A stretch of DNA of 64,000 nucleotides from Ignavibacteriota bacterium (GTDB lineage Bacteria; Bacteroidota; Ignavibacteria; Palsa-1295), in contig CAWBEI010000006.1 in assembly GCA_963787835.1 (NCBI GenBank), forward strand, positions 32,001 through 96,000, written 5' to 3'. The notes beneath the pieces were generated by a model. The model worked only from the letters and a program-made list of their open reading frames with translations, searched no databases and was not told the DNA's origin. The first letter of the stretch is position 1; each line of letters opens with the position of its first letter. Shown here piece after piece: positions 21,407 through 30,648 of this stretch. The position numbers were made by a program, and so were the translations under genes.

Positions 21407-22363
21407 TTACGATGACTGATCAAACTGCTCAATCATTCTTCGAGCGGCTTCATATTCTAAGATTAAATTCTGAATAACCTGATCGCAGGTAAGCAATTCA
21501 TGTACTAATCCTGACGATTGCCCCATTTCTAGTTCACCATCTTCGAGATTGCCTTCAAAAATTCCCTGCATTTCCCGCTTGCGGCCGAGTAATTCAATTT
21601 CCTGTTCTTTTGTAGCGCCATGTAGTTGGGCTTCGAGTGCCAACATTGCAAATCGATTTTTTTTCAACCGTACTGGCGCGACCTTCTTCAGTACAAGTGC
21701 AGTGGCATCATCTCCCGACTCAATAATAGCTTGTTTGTATAATGGATGGGAACTAGATTCAACCGTTGCAGCAAAGCGCGTACCGATTTGAACGGCCTGG
21801 GCGCCCAGTGCAAGACAGGCCAGCATCTGCCTGCCATCGGCAATACCACCTGCGGCAATAACTGGGATCGTTACGGCATCCACTACTTGAGGGACAAGGC
21901 ACAGGGTGGTAATTTCATCGATACCGTTGTGCCCACCGGCTTCGAATCCTTCGGCAACAACCATATCGCAGCCAGCTTCTTCTGCTTTGCGAGCATGTTT
22001 TACACTTGCCACGACATGGGCAACGATACATCCGGCATCTTTAAGCTGTTTCGTATAAGCTTTAGGATTCCCAGCGCTCGTGAATACGATCTTAATGCCT
22101 TCCTCGATCGTGGTTTGAATGAGGGAAGCAACGTCGCCACGGATCAATGGGATATTAACCCCGACTTGATCGGCAACATCGGTTGCCTTAGCATTTCGAA
22201 TATGCTCGCGAAGCAACGCTGGCTTCATCGAGCCGGCACCGATCTGTCCGAGGGCGCCGGCTCGTGCAGCGGCAACAGCAAGCTTCCAGCCGGAAGTCCA
22301 TACCATGCCCGCCTGGACAATGGGATACCGAATTCCGAGGCGGAGCGAAAGCGGCGTTTGCAA
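21407..22363 (-). CDS. Nitronate monooxygenase / FabK-like enoyl-ACP reductase family flavoprotein
   Basis: YPIVQAGM, EGFEAGGH, IAAGGIADGR and VQIGTRF motifs; TTG start just after the upstream stop. Confidence 0.9.
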   Translation of the reverse strand: MQTPLSLRLGIRYPIVQAGMVWTSGWKLAVAAARAGALGQIGAGSMKPALLREHIRNAKATDVADQVGVNIPLIRGDVASLIQTTIEEGIKIVFTSAGNPKAYTKQLKDAGCIVAHVVASVKHARKAEEAGCDMVVAEGFEAGGHNGIDEITTLCLVPQVVDAVTIPVIAAGGIADGRQMLACLALGAQAVQIGTRFAATVESSSHPLYKQAIIESGDDATALVLKKVAPVRLKKNRFAMLALEAQLHGATKEQEIELLGRKREMQGIFEGNLEDGELEMGQSSGLVHELLTCDQVIQNLILEYEAARRMIEQFDQSS

Positions 22364-22365
22364 TG

Positions 22366-25191
22366 CTATGATTTCTTCTCCGGATAGAGAATAACTTCCA
22401 CGCAATTATCTCGGTTAAAATATTCCTTTGCCGTCTGGAAGATATCTTGTGGCGTTATGGAGTCATAGAGCTTGTTCCCTTCAGTGAGCGTTATCGTGGA
22501 AGGGTCGATCCCATTCCAATAACGATCCTGAAGCTGTGACATCCAATATCGGTTATCCTTCAAATTGACTTCAAGTTCGTTCTTGCCTATCTTTTGAACC
22601 CGGTCGATATAGGTGGATTCAATAGGCTGTGTGGTGATCGTATCGATCTGCTTCATGACTTCCGCGACCAGTTCATCGACGCGTGCCGGGTCGCAGCCGA
22701 AATTGATCGTGATCTGATACTGATCGTGAGGGATCTTTTGAAAGGAAGGAGAAACTCGAACATAATAAACACCGCTTTTGTCTTCACGAATATCCTCGCG
22801 AAGTTTAATTTCAAGCGCCTGCGCCATTGCAGAAAGCTTGAATCGATTCTCGCGTGAGAACTCTTTCTTTCCTGAAAAGATGATCGAAACAACGCTCTTC
22901 TGCGCCTCTCCCTTATAGACCTTTTTCACGATCATGCCTGTCGGTGGGGTAATCCCCAAATCCTTCCAGGTCGTATGCTTATTCGAGGAAGGCAGGGAAG
23001 CGAGATATTTCTCGACCATGGGTCGTAATGTTTTGGGATCGATATTGCCGACAAAATAAAAGGTGAATCCGCTTGCATCGCCAAAAAGAGTCTTGTAATA
23101 GCCGAATGCTTTCTGAGGATCGATCTCGTTCAATGTTTCTTCCGATTGAGGTCTCGCGCGATAATTATTTTGTGCCATCGTCACCTGAAGTGTATCTCCG
23201 TACGCGACTTCGGGCATTTTGCCCATATTTTGGAGCATAGACTTCTGATGCGAAAGCCACGTGGCCGAGGCCGCAGAATCGTAGCGAGGTTGTGTCATAT
23301 AAAGATAGGTGAGTTGGAACATGGTTTCAAGATCCTTCTTTGTGCTGTGTCCATCGAGATCTTGTCTCAACATTCCAATATTCGAGGAAACATCAACCTC
23401 TTTACCAGCAAGCATCTTCTTTAGCGTAGTAGCGTCGAATCCAGCGAGACCGGAATTCTCGACAATATTATCGCCGCTTTGTGCTGACATGTACTCCGCA
23501 TCCGGGGCGTTGGAACTTCCACCGGGCGCAGTTGCATGGAAAAGGATCTCGTCATCCTTGAAATCAGTAGGCTTCAGAACAACGCGTGCTCCATTCGAAA
23601 GCTGCCATACCGTCACCCCGATGGACGCAATATTCTGTTCGTCGGTGATCTTGCCGGGTTTTGGTTGGGTCGCCAGGAGGGGAGCGTTGCTGGTCTTATC
23701 ATCATACGCAGCATAATGCTCGTTCTTCGTCTTATTGATAATTCCCATGATCTCGTCTTTCGTCGGAGGCGTGAAGCCAGAGGACTCTGGTCCCTCAAAC
23801 ATGACGACCGGGCTGGCGTTCTCCATCAGCTTTGGAGTTAGAGCGTTTACTTCCTCAAGCGTTATGCCGGGTGCATATTTTTTATAAAGCTCGTATTCAT
23901 AGTCGATACCAGGGGAAGGTTCCTTATTAAGGAAATTGCGAATATACTCTTGAGTGAAATTGACGTTTTTAGTCTTGTCTCGCTCCTGCCATTGCTTTTC
24001 CATTCCGCTGAGAAGTGTTTTCTTCGCTCGGTCAAGTTCTCCGGGAGTAAACCCGGTTTGTTCTGCGCGGTAAACCTGGCTTAGAACTGCAGTGATACCT
24101 GCTTTGATCGAGTCTTGCGACAGCAGGGCAAATATGCTGAAAGCTTTCAGGCGCCCGATAAATGCTCCATCTTGCACTCCAGCTTGCGTTAGCGGAGCCT
24201 CGCCTTTTTCAATCGCTTCTTGAATTCGAGCGTTGAGCATTTGATCGTATAATCCTGTAACGAGGTGATTATAGCGATAATCTCCAACTGTGAGTTCGTC
24301 CGTTCCTGGCCGCTCGAATTCCATAGAGAAGATGGTCAAGGGCATTTCCTTATCCGTATTAATAGCTACATACGTCTCCTGATGTGGAGGGATAGGAAAT
24401 TCTGTTCGTGGCCGCTCATTCGTTGGATTGGTAAGGGGTGTGAAGACGGCTTTGATCTTTTGTTCGACCTTATCGACATCAAAATCACCAACAACGATAA
24501 CAGCCATCAGGTCGGGGCGATACCAATCGTAGTAAAACCGTTTGATCGTTGATTGGTGTGCGGTATCAATAACGGGTTTGAGCCCAATGGTATTTCGCTT
24601 CGCATATTGGGAGCCCGCAAGAATAATAGGGAATTGCTTATCCTGAATTCTCTTAAAGGCACCCAAACCCATGCGCCATTCTTCGCCGACAACCCCGCGC
24701 TCTTTTTCTACTTCGACGGAATCGAAGGTATTGTTGTGTGCCCATTCGCCAAGAATATCGATGCCGCTATCGAGCACATTGCCTTGATCGGTTGGCAAGG
24801 ATTCCTGATAGACCGTTTCGTCGAAGGAGGTGTACGCATTGAGATCGGCGCCAAATCGAGCGCCGTGCTCTTCGAGGAACGATTCCAGCGTATTATGTGG
24901 ATACTTGACCGTGCCGTTGAACGACATGTGCTCGTTCAAGTGAGCAAGCCCTTGCTGATCGTCATCTTCCAGCACAGAACCGGCATGGACAGCGAGCCGG
25001 AGTTCAGCACGATGCTCCGGTTTGCCATTATGCCGGATATAATAGGTCAGTCCATTCGGCAGCTTACCGGTTCGAACATTGGGGTCGAACGGAAGCGGGG
25101 AATTTAGATCGGTTGACGGTGTCTGAGCCTGCGCTACGAGCGGCAATAGCGCACAAAGAAATGCGAAAGATAAAAAGCGAGATAGTCTCAT
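22366..25191 (-). CDS. M16 family zinc protease (PqqL-like), exported
   Basis: Signal peptide, LPNGLTYYI, HxxEH (HLNEH), NAYTSFDETVY. Confidence 0.95.
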   Translation of the reverse strand: MRLSRFLSFAFLCALLPLVAQAQTPSTDLNSPLPFDPNVRTGKLPNGLTYYIRHNGKPEHRAELRLAVHAGSVLEDDDQQGLAHLNEHMSFNGTVKYPHNTLESFLEEHGARFGADLNAYTSFDETVYQESLPTDQGNVLDSGIDILGEWAHNNTFDSVEVEKERGVVGEEWRMGLGAFKRIQDKQFPIILAGSQYAKRNTIGLKPVIDTAHQSTIKRFYYDWYRPDLMAVIVVGDFDVDKVEQKIKAVFTPLTNPTNERPRTEFPIPPHQETYVAINTDKEMPLTIFSMEFERPGTDELTVGDYRYNHLVTGLYDQMLNARIQEAIEKGEAPLTQAGVQDGAFIGRLKAFSIFALLSQDSIKAGITAVLSQVYRAEQTGFTPGELDRAKKTLLSGMEKQWQERDKTKNVNFTQEYIRNFLNKEPSPGIDYEYELYKKYAPGITLEEVNALTPKLMENASPVVMFEGPESSGFTPPTKDEIMGIINKTKNEHYAAYDDKTSNAPLLATQPKPGKITDEQNIASIGVTVWQLSNGARVVLKPTDFKDDEILFHATAPGGSSNAPDAEYMSAQSGDNIVENSGLAGFDATTLKKMLAGKEVDVSSNIGMLRQDLDGHSTKKDLETMFQLTYLYMTQPRYDSAASATWLSHQKSMLQNMGKMPEVAYGDTLQVTMAQNNYRARPQSEETLNEIDPQKAFGYYKTLFGDASGFTFYFVGNIDPKTLRPMVEKYLASLPSSNKHTTWKDLGITPPTGMIVKKVYKGEAQKSVVSIIFSGKKEFSRENRFKLSAMAQALEIKLREDIREDKSGVYYVRVSPSFQKIPHDQYQITINFGCDPARVDELVAEVMKQIDTITTQPIESTYIDRVQKIGKNELEVNLKDNRYWMSQLQDRYWNGIDPSTITLTEGNKLYDSITPQDIFQTAKEYFNRDNCVEVILYPEKKS

Positions 25192-25284
25192 GGTAGTAAG
25201 AGGAATAAAGTGACCTCTTGCTACAATAAAAGGGCATAAGACGGTTCCGCCATATTTCAGCCGGTATGTTACCCTATGATTTCT

Positions 25285-25578
25285 TCAATATTTTGCCCGC
25301 AGCGTCTCGCAAAGGGATTCGAGTCGTGTTTGCAACCGGATATCGGCTACCTGAAAGGGCTCCCGAAGGGGATCGACTCGGCGAAAGGTTACCTCCGCAA
25401 GGGTAGTTGTACCAAAATCCTGCCTTTTGGTACGATCACCAAAATGCTGACCAAATCCCATTGCGACCTCCCGGATGTCGTGATCCGTTGACATTGTGGC
25501 GCGTCCATCTCTCTGAACTGTCAGCTTTGCGCCAGATTCCCTACTGACCGACTTGATCTCACTATTTATAGTGTGCAT
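25285..25578 (-). CDS. Small hypothetical protein downstream of lexA
   Basis: 97-aa ORF starting 16 nt after the lexA stop on the same strand. Confidence 0.35.
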   Translation of the reverse strand: MHTINSEIKSVSRESGAKLTVQRDGRATMSTDHDIREVAMGFGQHFGDRTKRQDFGTTTLAEVTFRRVDPLREPFQVADIRLQTRLESLCETLRAKY

Positions 25579-25594
25579 AATAATACTCTAAAGA

Positions 25595-26272
25595 TCATTG
25601 AAATTTAAGTTGAAATACACCAGGACGCTTTTCATCGAGTGAGCGTAAAACGCTCGTAACCTTGCCGAGGATCTGAAAATCGATATTCTTCGTGATCGGA
25701 ATGGGCTTAAATCTCGCGTTAGCCGGTTCAAGGAAGATACCTTTTCTGGTTTTGCGGAAGGTCTTGACCGTCGCAGAATCATCCAGTCTTGCGACGACAA
25801 CATCGCCATTATCGGCTGTTGGCTGCTGGCGCACGATAACGAGATCGCCATCCATGATGCCAACGTCCTTCATGCTTTCACCCTGTACGCGAAGCCCGAA
25901 GATCTTTTTCGAAAGGTCCATCGGCTTAAACGAAAGCCATCCCTCGACATTCTCAATCGCAAGGATCGGCTCACCAGCGGTTACGCGGCCAATGACGGGA
26001 ATGGAATTCGAATGGCGCTCGCCGCCCCGCATGACCGAAGGCCGCGTGACCATCAGTGCCCGCGAAAGTCCTGCGCCACCACGCTCCAGAAAGCCCTTGC
26101 GAAGCAGAGCATCGAGATGCTTTCGCACCCCAAACGTGGAGCTTACACCGAGATAATCGGTGATTTCAGAGATGGACGGGGGATAACCCGAAATTTCGAG
26201 ATATTCCTCAATATAATCGAGTACTCGTTTTTGTTGTGTCGGAAGTTGGTCGCGTTCTAAGATCTTTGCCAT
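25595..26272 (-). CDS. lexA: LexA repressor
   Basis: GYPPSISEI winged HTH, VTAGEP Ala-Gly cleavage site, GESM catalytic Ser, ATVK catalytic Lys. Confidence 0.96.
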   Translation of the reverse strand: MAKILERDQLPTQQKRVLDYIEEYLEISGYPPSISEITDYLGVSSTFGVRKHLDALLRKGFLERGGAGLSRALMVTRPSVMRGGERHSNSIPVIGRVTAGEPILAIENVEGWLSFKPMDLSKKIFGLRVQGESMKDVGIMDGDLVIVRQQPTADNGDVVVARLDDSATVKTFRKTRKGIFLEPANARFKPIPITKNIDFQILGKVTSVLRSLDEKRPGVFQLKFQ

Positions 26273-26444
26273 TTTGTTGTGTTCCTTTCAGTTTAGCTTT
26301 CTTTATGCAATTGGTGCCTATAACTCTTAATTGAATTGTCATTTCATGAACTGTGCCCTTTTTGAGCCAAATTCGCCATTTCTTCAATTTAGTGCTACTT
26401 CTAACACTTGCTCCTGAAAGCAGGTGCCCATCAAAGCACGACCT

Positions 26445-26473
26445 AACTTACGAAATAAAAACCACAAAGTCAA
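26445..26473 (-). promoter_or_regulatory. Candidate sigma70-type promoter of lexA
   Basis: TTGACT-N17-TAAGTT on the minus strand. Confidence 0.5.
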
Positions 26474-26554
26474 GTGATTTTAAAAGAATTTTTAAAATAA
26501 ATGATGTGAACCGTGATTTTATGGGATTTGGGGGATTAAGGACATGATTATTAT

Positions 26555-26580
26555 GTCATTCCCGCGTAAGCGGGAATCCA
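26555..26580. repeat. dRS3/RPE-like palindromic repeat
   Basis: GTC-ATTCCC-gcgtaagc-GGGAAT-CCA matches ATTCCC(N8)GGGAAT. Confidence 0.75.
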
Positions 26581-26672
26581 ATCCTGTGGAGGCAAACCGT
26601 CTGAATTATTCAGAAAAAGGGGTTGTTTTTCGAGACAGCTTGAAAGTGGTATTCCCTGAAAGGAAATGTACT

Positions 26673-27491
26673 ATGAAACGAATCAGTCTTCTCGTTTTTG
26701 TGCTAATGCCAGCTTTAGCCTTCGGGCAGGCGGGTAATCAGCTTGGTCCGCTGCATTTGCCTTTTGAGTTTAAGATCACAGTGAATGGTTTATTTGCTCC
26801 ATGTATCGATGAATCACCATATAGTCCGCCGACCTCGTTTGTTTTTGATTGGATTATCGATTCTGGAGATACAAATTACCATCTTAACAATGACACAATA
26901 ACATACAACGATAGCGGTAGTAGTAACGTAAAGGAAGCTTCGTATTTTAAAATGATATTCGACACAACGACGGAAACTGTCCGGGAATTATCGTTTGCGG
27001 AATCTCAAGATTATATCGTAGGCTTTGGCGGTAGCGATTTTAGTCAATCATTGGAACTTATTAATTTAAAATACAACTCAACTTCTATTTTTAGCCCTAA
27101 CTCGGGCCTGACAAACCACCTCGGTGAAGCTTATTATTACTCTTATTGGGAAGCAGCTACCGGCAACCCACCACCGGAATGCGATACCTTGGTCTATGTC
27201 ACCTCTGTCAATCTCTCCGGAAACTTCCAACCGGTTGTGCTCTGGGCGGGAGTTGCCATGCCAGCTGCATCGCCATCGACCATTTCCATTATCGACTACG
27301 ATGGCACCATCCAATGTACTTTTCCTTCTTCCGATCAACTGCGCATTTTGGAACTCTACACACCGCTTGCTATGAAAGCCGCAGCCATCGAGATTACATC
27401 TGGACAGGGTTCAATTTCGCTACCGAATCTATCGAGGGGTCTATACTTCCTTCGGTTAGATGGAAATGTGATCAAGTTTGCGGTGCCTTGA
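26673..27491 (+). CDS. Secreted hypothetical protein with T9SS-like C-terminal domain
   Basis: Signal peptide MKRISLLVFVLMPALAFG; ends LPNLSRGLYFLRLDGNVIKFAVP. Confidence 0.8.
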   Translation: MKRISLLVFVLMPALAFGQAGNQLGPLHLPFEFKITVNGLFAPCIDESPYSPPTSFVFDWIIDSGDTNYHLNNDTITYNDSGSSNVKEASYFKMIFDTTTETVRELSFAESQDYIVGFGGSDFSQSLELINLKYNSTSIFSPNSGLTNHLGEAYYYSYWEAATGNPPPECDTLVYVTSVNLSGNFQPVVLWAGVAMPAASPSTISIIDYDGTIQCTFPSSDQLRILELYTPLAMKAAAIEITSGQGSISLPNLSRGLYFLRLDGNVIKFAVP

Positions 27492-27544
27492 GTGTTCAGC
27501 AAACACTGTGGAACCACCGAATTTGTCCTCTGTTCTGTTTACTT

Positions 27545-28798
27545 ATGATGATCAAGCGCGGCACACCGATCGGATTTGGTTTGCTACTATTTTTCCTATT
27601 CCTCCCTCAAAGCCCTCTTATTGCCCAGCGGCTTGCGGTTCAGGATATTGCCGGTAGCTGGGCCACGTTTTCTGCAAACGGATTTACTCCGCGTGGCGCA
27701 TTTACTACGCAGGAGGTTGGTGGCAAGATCTATGTGATTGGCGGTTTTACAGGATCGGATTACATTACTACGATCCAGGTCTATGATCCTGCAACGGACA
27801 CCTGGGACTCCATTCTGAATCCCACTGGCACGTTCACGCCGCGCAGGGGAATGTCTTCCGTTGTTGTGGGTGGGAAGATTTACACCTTTGGTGGCGCGAA
27901 TGGGTCTGGCGGTTCTAATGGCTCCGGGGCGCTGAATACGTGTGAAGTGTTCGATCCAGCAAAGAATACATGGTCAAGCCTGCCAAACATGCCTACTCCA
28001 CGGTGGCGCTCCTGCGCAGTGCTGTTAAATGGGAAAGTTTACGTCATGGGCGGCTACAATAGTGGAGTGGTTAATGCCTTCGAGCTCTTTGACACACTGA
28101 CGAATATCTGGTCGCAAGGAGATACCGCGGGCTTTCGCGCTCGCTCCGATTTCGCTGCGGAACTTATCAATGGAAAAATATATGTTGTCGGAGGCCAGGG
28201 TGACACCGTTTCTCCACAAGTATTCGATCCGGAATCGAACACATGGACAACTCCGGTCACAACAGGAAAGTATTTCGAGCGTCAGGGTCTCTCTGCAGCC
28301 GTTATCAATGGCGAGATCTATGCATTCGGCGGTGATGATGGTGGACTTTATTCCAATACCTTCGATGTATTCAACCCCGCTACCAATACATGGACAACAC
28401 CCGCAACATCCGATACGCCGATCAGCCGCGCTGGAGGTTGTGCAACACTATATAACGGAAAAGTCTATATTATGGGTGGCCGCGATGATTGGGGACAGTT
28501 GGACACGAATTCGGTTTTTACTCCGGCATCAAGTGGCGTAAGTGCAACGCATCCATCAAACTCGCTCGCTATATTTCCAGAACCAACAGATGGAATATTA
28601 ACTGTTCAAATGATGCCATCTTCAAATCCATCCCATCTCATTGTTATGAATATTCTGGGAAGAATACTCATAGACAAAATGATCGAACCCAGTTTCGGTA
28701 ACGTTTCAATCAATCTATCTGGGTTTGCATCAGGGATCTATCGGGTACAGATCACGACCGATACCACAATGTTTGAGCACACTATTGTAAAACGGTAG
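27545..28798 (+). CDS. Kelch-repeat protein with T9SS C-terminal domain
   Basis: Six GKIYVxGG...FDPxxNTW repeats; IFPEP...NILGR...SGIYRVQI C-terminus. Confidence 0.92.
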   Translation: MMIKRGTPIGFGLLLFFLFLPQSPLIAQRLAVQDIAGSWATFSANGFTPRGAFTTQEVGGKIYVIGGFTGSDYITTIQVYDPATDTWDSILNPTGTFTPRRGMSSVVVGGKIYTFGGANGSGGSNGSGALNTCEVFDPAKNTWSSLPNMPTPRWRSCAVLLNGKVYVMGGYNSGVVNAFELFDTLTNIWSQGDTAGFRARSDFAAELINGKIYVVGGQGDTVSPQVFDPESNTWTTPVTTGKYFERQGLSAAVINGEIYAFGGDDGGLYSNTFDVFNPATNTWTTPATSDTPISRAGGCATLYNGKVYIMGGRDDWGQLDTNSVFTPASSGVSATHPSNSLAIFPEPTDGILTVQMMPSSNPSHLIVMNILGRILIDKMIEPSFGNVSINLSGFASGIYRVQITTDTTMFEHTIVKR

Positions 28799-28804
28799 AA
28801 CGCA

Positions 28805-30562
28805 ATGATCACGCGACGGAACTTTATCAAGAGCGCAGCCGGTGCAGGCATAGCAGCTCTTGCTGTGCCAGAGATTCTCTCGGCCATAGGAAAACCGGCT
28901 CGCTCTGCATTGAACGAATCATCATTGCTTTGCGGGCTTCCTTCACAAACGTTCGGCTCCCGCGAGCCAGAGTCAACGCTGCAATCGGATTCTCAACCAC
29001 TCCGCATCCCATCAGTTATTTCGGGCGGCGATTTGGTGATGGCGGCAGGGACTTATCAAGTCTTTATGGATCAGGTAACGAATTTACTGATGGTCAATAA
29101 CTCGTTTCCTGCGCCAACGATAAAGTTGAAATTCGGCGATACGTTTGCTGCAACCATCCATAATAATTTAGATGTACCCAGTGTGCTTCATTGGCATGGT
29201 GTAACTGCACCGGCTGCGATGGGTGGGCACCCAGCAAATGTTGTGAGCGCCGGATCGTCATACAGCGTGAATTTCCCGATCGTCCAGCGTTCGAGCATCA
29301 ATTTCTATCACGCACATCCCCACATGGCTACCGGTGGGGAGGTGTATATGGGACTTGCGGGATTTTTCCTCATCGAGGATGACGATGAACTCGCGCTTGG
29401 GCTGCCCTCCGGCGATTACGACGTTCCACTCATGATCCAGGATAAGCGCGTCGATGCGAATCGCCAGCTTATTTATACGCTTACCGAAGCAGATATGGAA
29501 AGCGGATGGCTCGGTGATACCATCATGGTAAATGGGACGCCAAACCCGTATCTTCTGGTTGCACCAACGCTATATCGTTTTCGTGTCGTCAATGGCTCGA
29601 ATGCTCGTTTTTACAAACTTGCGCTCTCGGATGGCAGTGCCTTCACGGTGATAGGGAACGATGGAGGGTTCCTGCCGGCACCGGTGACGCTCACTTCCGT
29701 TAATCTCGCGCCGGCAGAGCGGCTGGATATCCTCGTTGATTTTTCGCCCTATTCACTTGGGCAGACCGTAACGCTGCAATCTCTGGCTTTTACGATGAGC
29801 GACCCTCCCGGTTCCGGAACCGTTCCTCAAGGCGCTCAACTGGATCTGTTGCAATTCCAGATCAACGAGGCCGGCAGTTCCAGTGGCCAGATACCTTCCT
29901 CGCTGCCTGCTATCGTACCCTATGATGCTGCGGATGCGAAGACCACGCGTGTCTGGACCTTCTCTGCCATGCGTTACATCAATAGTTTAGCTTATGACGT
30001 GGCGCGCATCGATGCCAATATCCCATTCGGCCAACTCGAAAAGTGGACGTTCAATAGTGTCGGGAATACGCATCCGGTTCATATTCATGGCTCACAATTC
30101 CAGGTGATCGATCGTAATGGCAGCCCCCCGGACGCCTGGGAACAAGGATGGAAAGATGTGATCCGGCTCGATCCCCAGGGCACGGTAGATGTCTTGGTTC
30201 AATTCAACTCCTATTCGGGTCTCTTTCTGATGCACTGTCACAAATTGGAACATGCGGATGAAGGGATGATGTCGAACTTCCAGGTTGTGCCACTGAACTC
30301 CGTGTTTGAAGCTCAAACGGGTAATTCAGCACTTCAGATCATGCCGAATCCTGCTTCAGATCATGTTGCATTAACCTTTCCAGCCCTCACGAACAACCAA
30401 ACCCTGATCATCATCGACGAAAAGGGAGCGATTATTTATAAGCAGAAACTTTCTGCTGGGGTGGATCGATACGTGGTTCGCACTGCTTCATTCGAGAACG
30501 GAAGATACGTCGTTTCGATCGGCTCGCTGAAGTCGCAGCTTATCGTTTTGAAAGGTCAATGA
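28805..30562 (+). CDS. Multicopper oxidase (CueO/bilirubin-oxidase-like) with Tat signal and T9SS-like CTD
   Basis: TRRNFIK; copper motifs HWH, HAH, HPVHIH, HCHKLEHADEGMM; IMPNPAS...NGRYVVSI tail. Confidence 0.92.
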   Translation: MITRRNFIKSAAGAGIAALAVPEILSAIGKPARSALNESSLLCGLPSQTFGSREPESTLQSDSQPLRIPSVISGGDLVMAAGTYQVFMDQVTNLLMVNNSFPAPTIKLKFGDTFAATIHNNLDVPSVLHWHGVTAPAAMGGHPANVVSAGSSYSVNFPIVQRSSINFYHAHPHMATGGEVYMGLAGFFLIEDDDELALGLPSGDYDVPLMIQDKRVDANRQLIYTLTEADMESGWLGDTIMVNGTPNPYLLVAPTLYRFRVVNGSNARFYKLALSDGSAFTVIGNDGGFLPAPVTLTSVNLAPAERLDILVDFSPYSLGQTVTLQSLAFTMSDPPGSGTVPQGAQLDLLQFQINEAGSSSGQIPSSLPAIVPYDAADAKTTRVWTFSAMRYINSLAYDVARIDANIPFGQLEKWTFNSVGNTHPVHIHGSQFQVIDRNGSPPDAWEQGWKDVIRLDPQGTVDVLVQFNSYSGLFLMHCHKLEHADEGMMSNFQVVPLNSVFEAQTGNSALQIMPNPASDHVALTFPALTNNQTLIIIDEKGAIIYKQKLSAGVDRYVVRTASFENGRYVVSIGSLKSQLIVLKGQ

Positions 30563-30648
30563 GTTCTGCGCATAATCGGGTTTATGTGACGTACTCACGT
30601 ATTTGATCGGAATTCTTCATCTTTTTCATAAGTACAATTCCCAAATTC

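Noticed and set aside
27146-27544. Long N-terminal extension of the kelch ORF
   Set aside because: Overlaps the upstream gene in another frame; the signal peptide begins at 27545.
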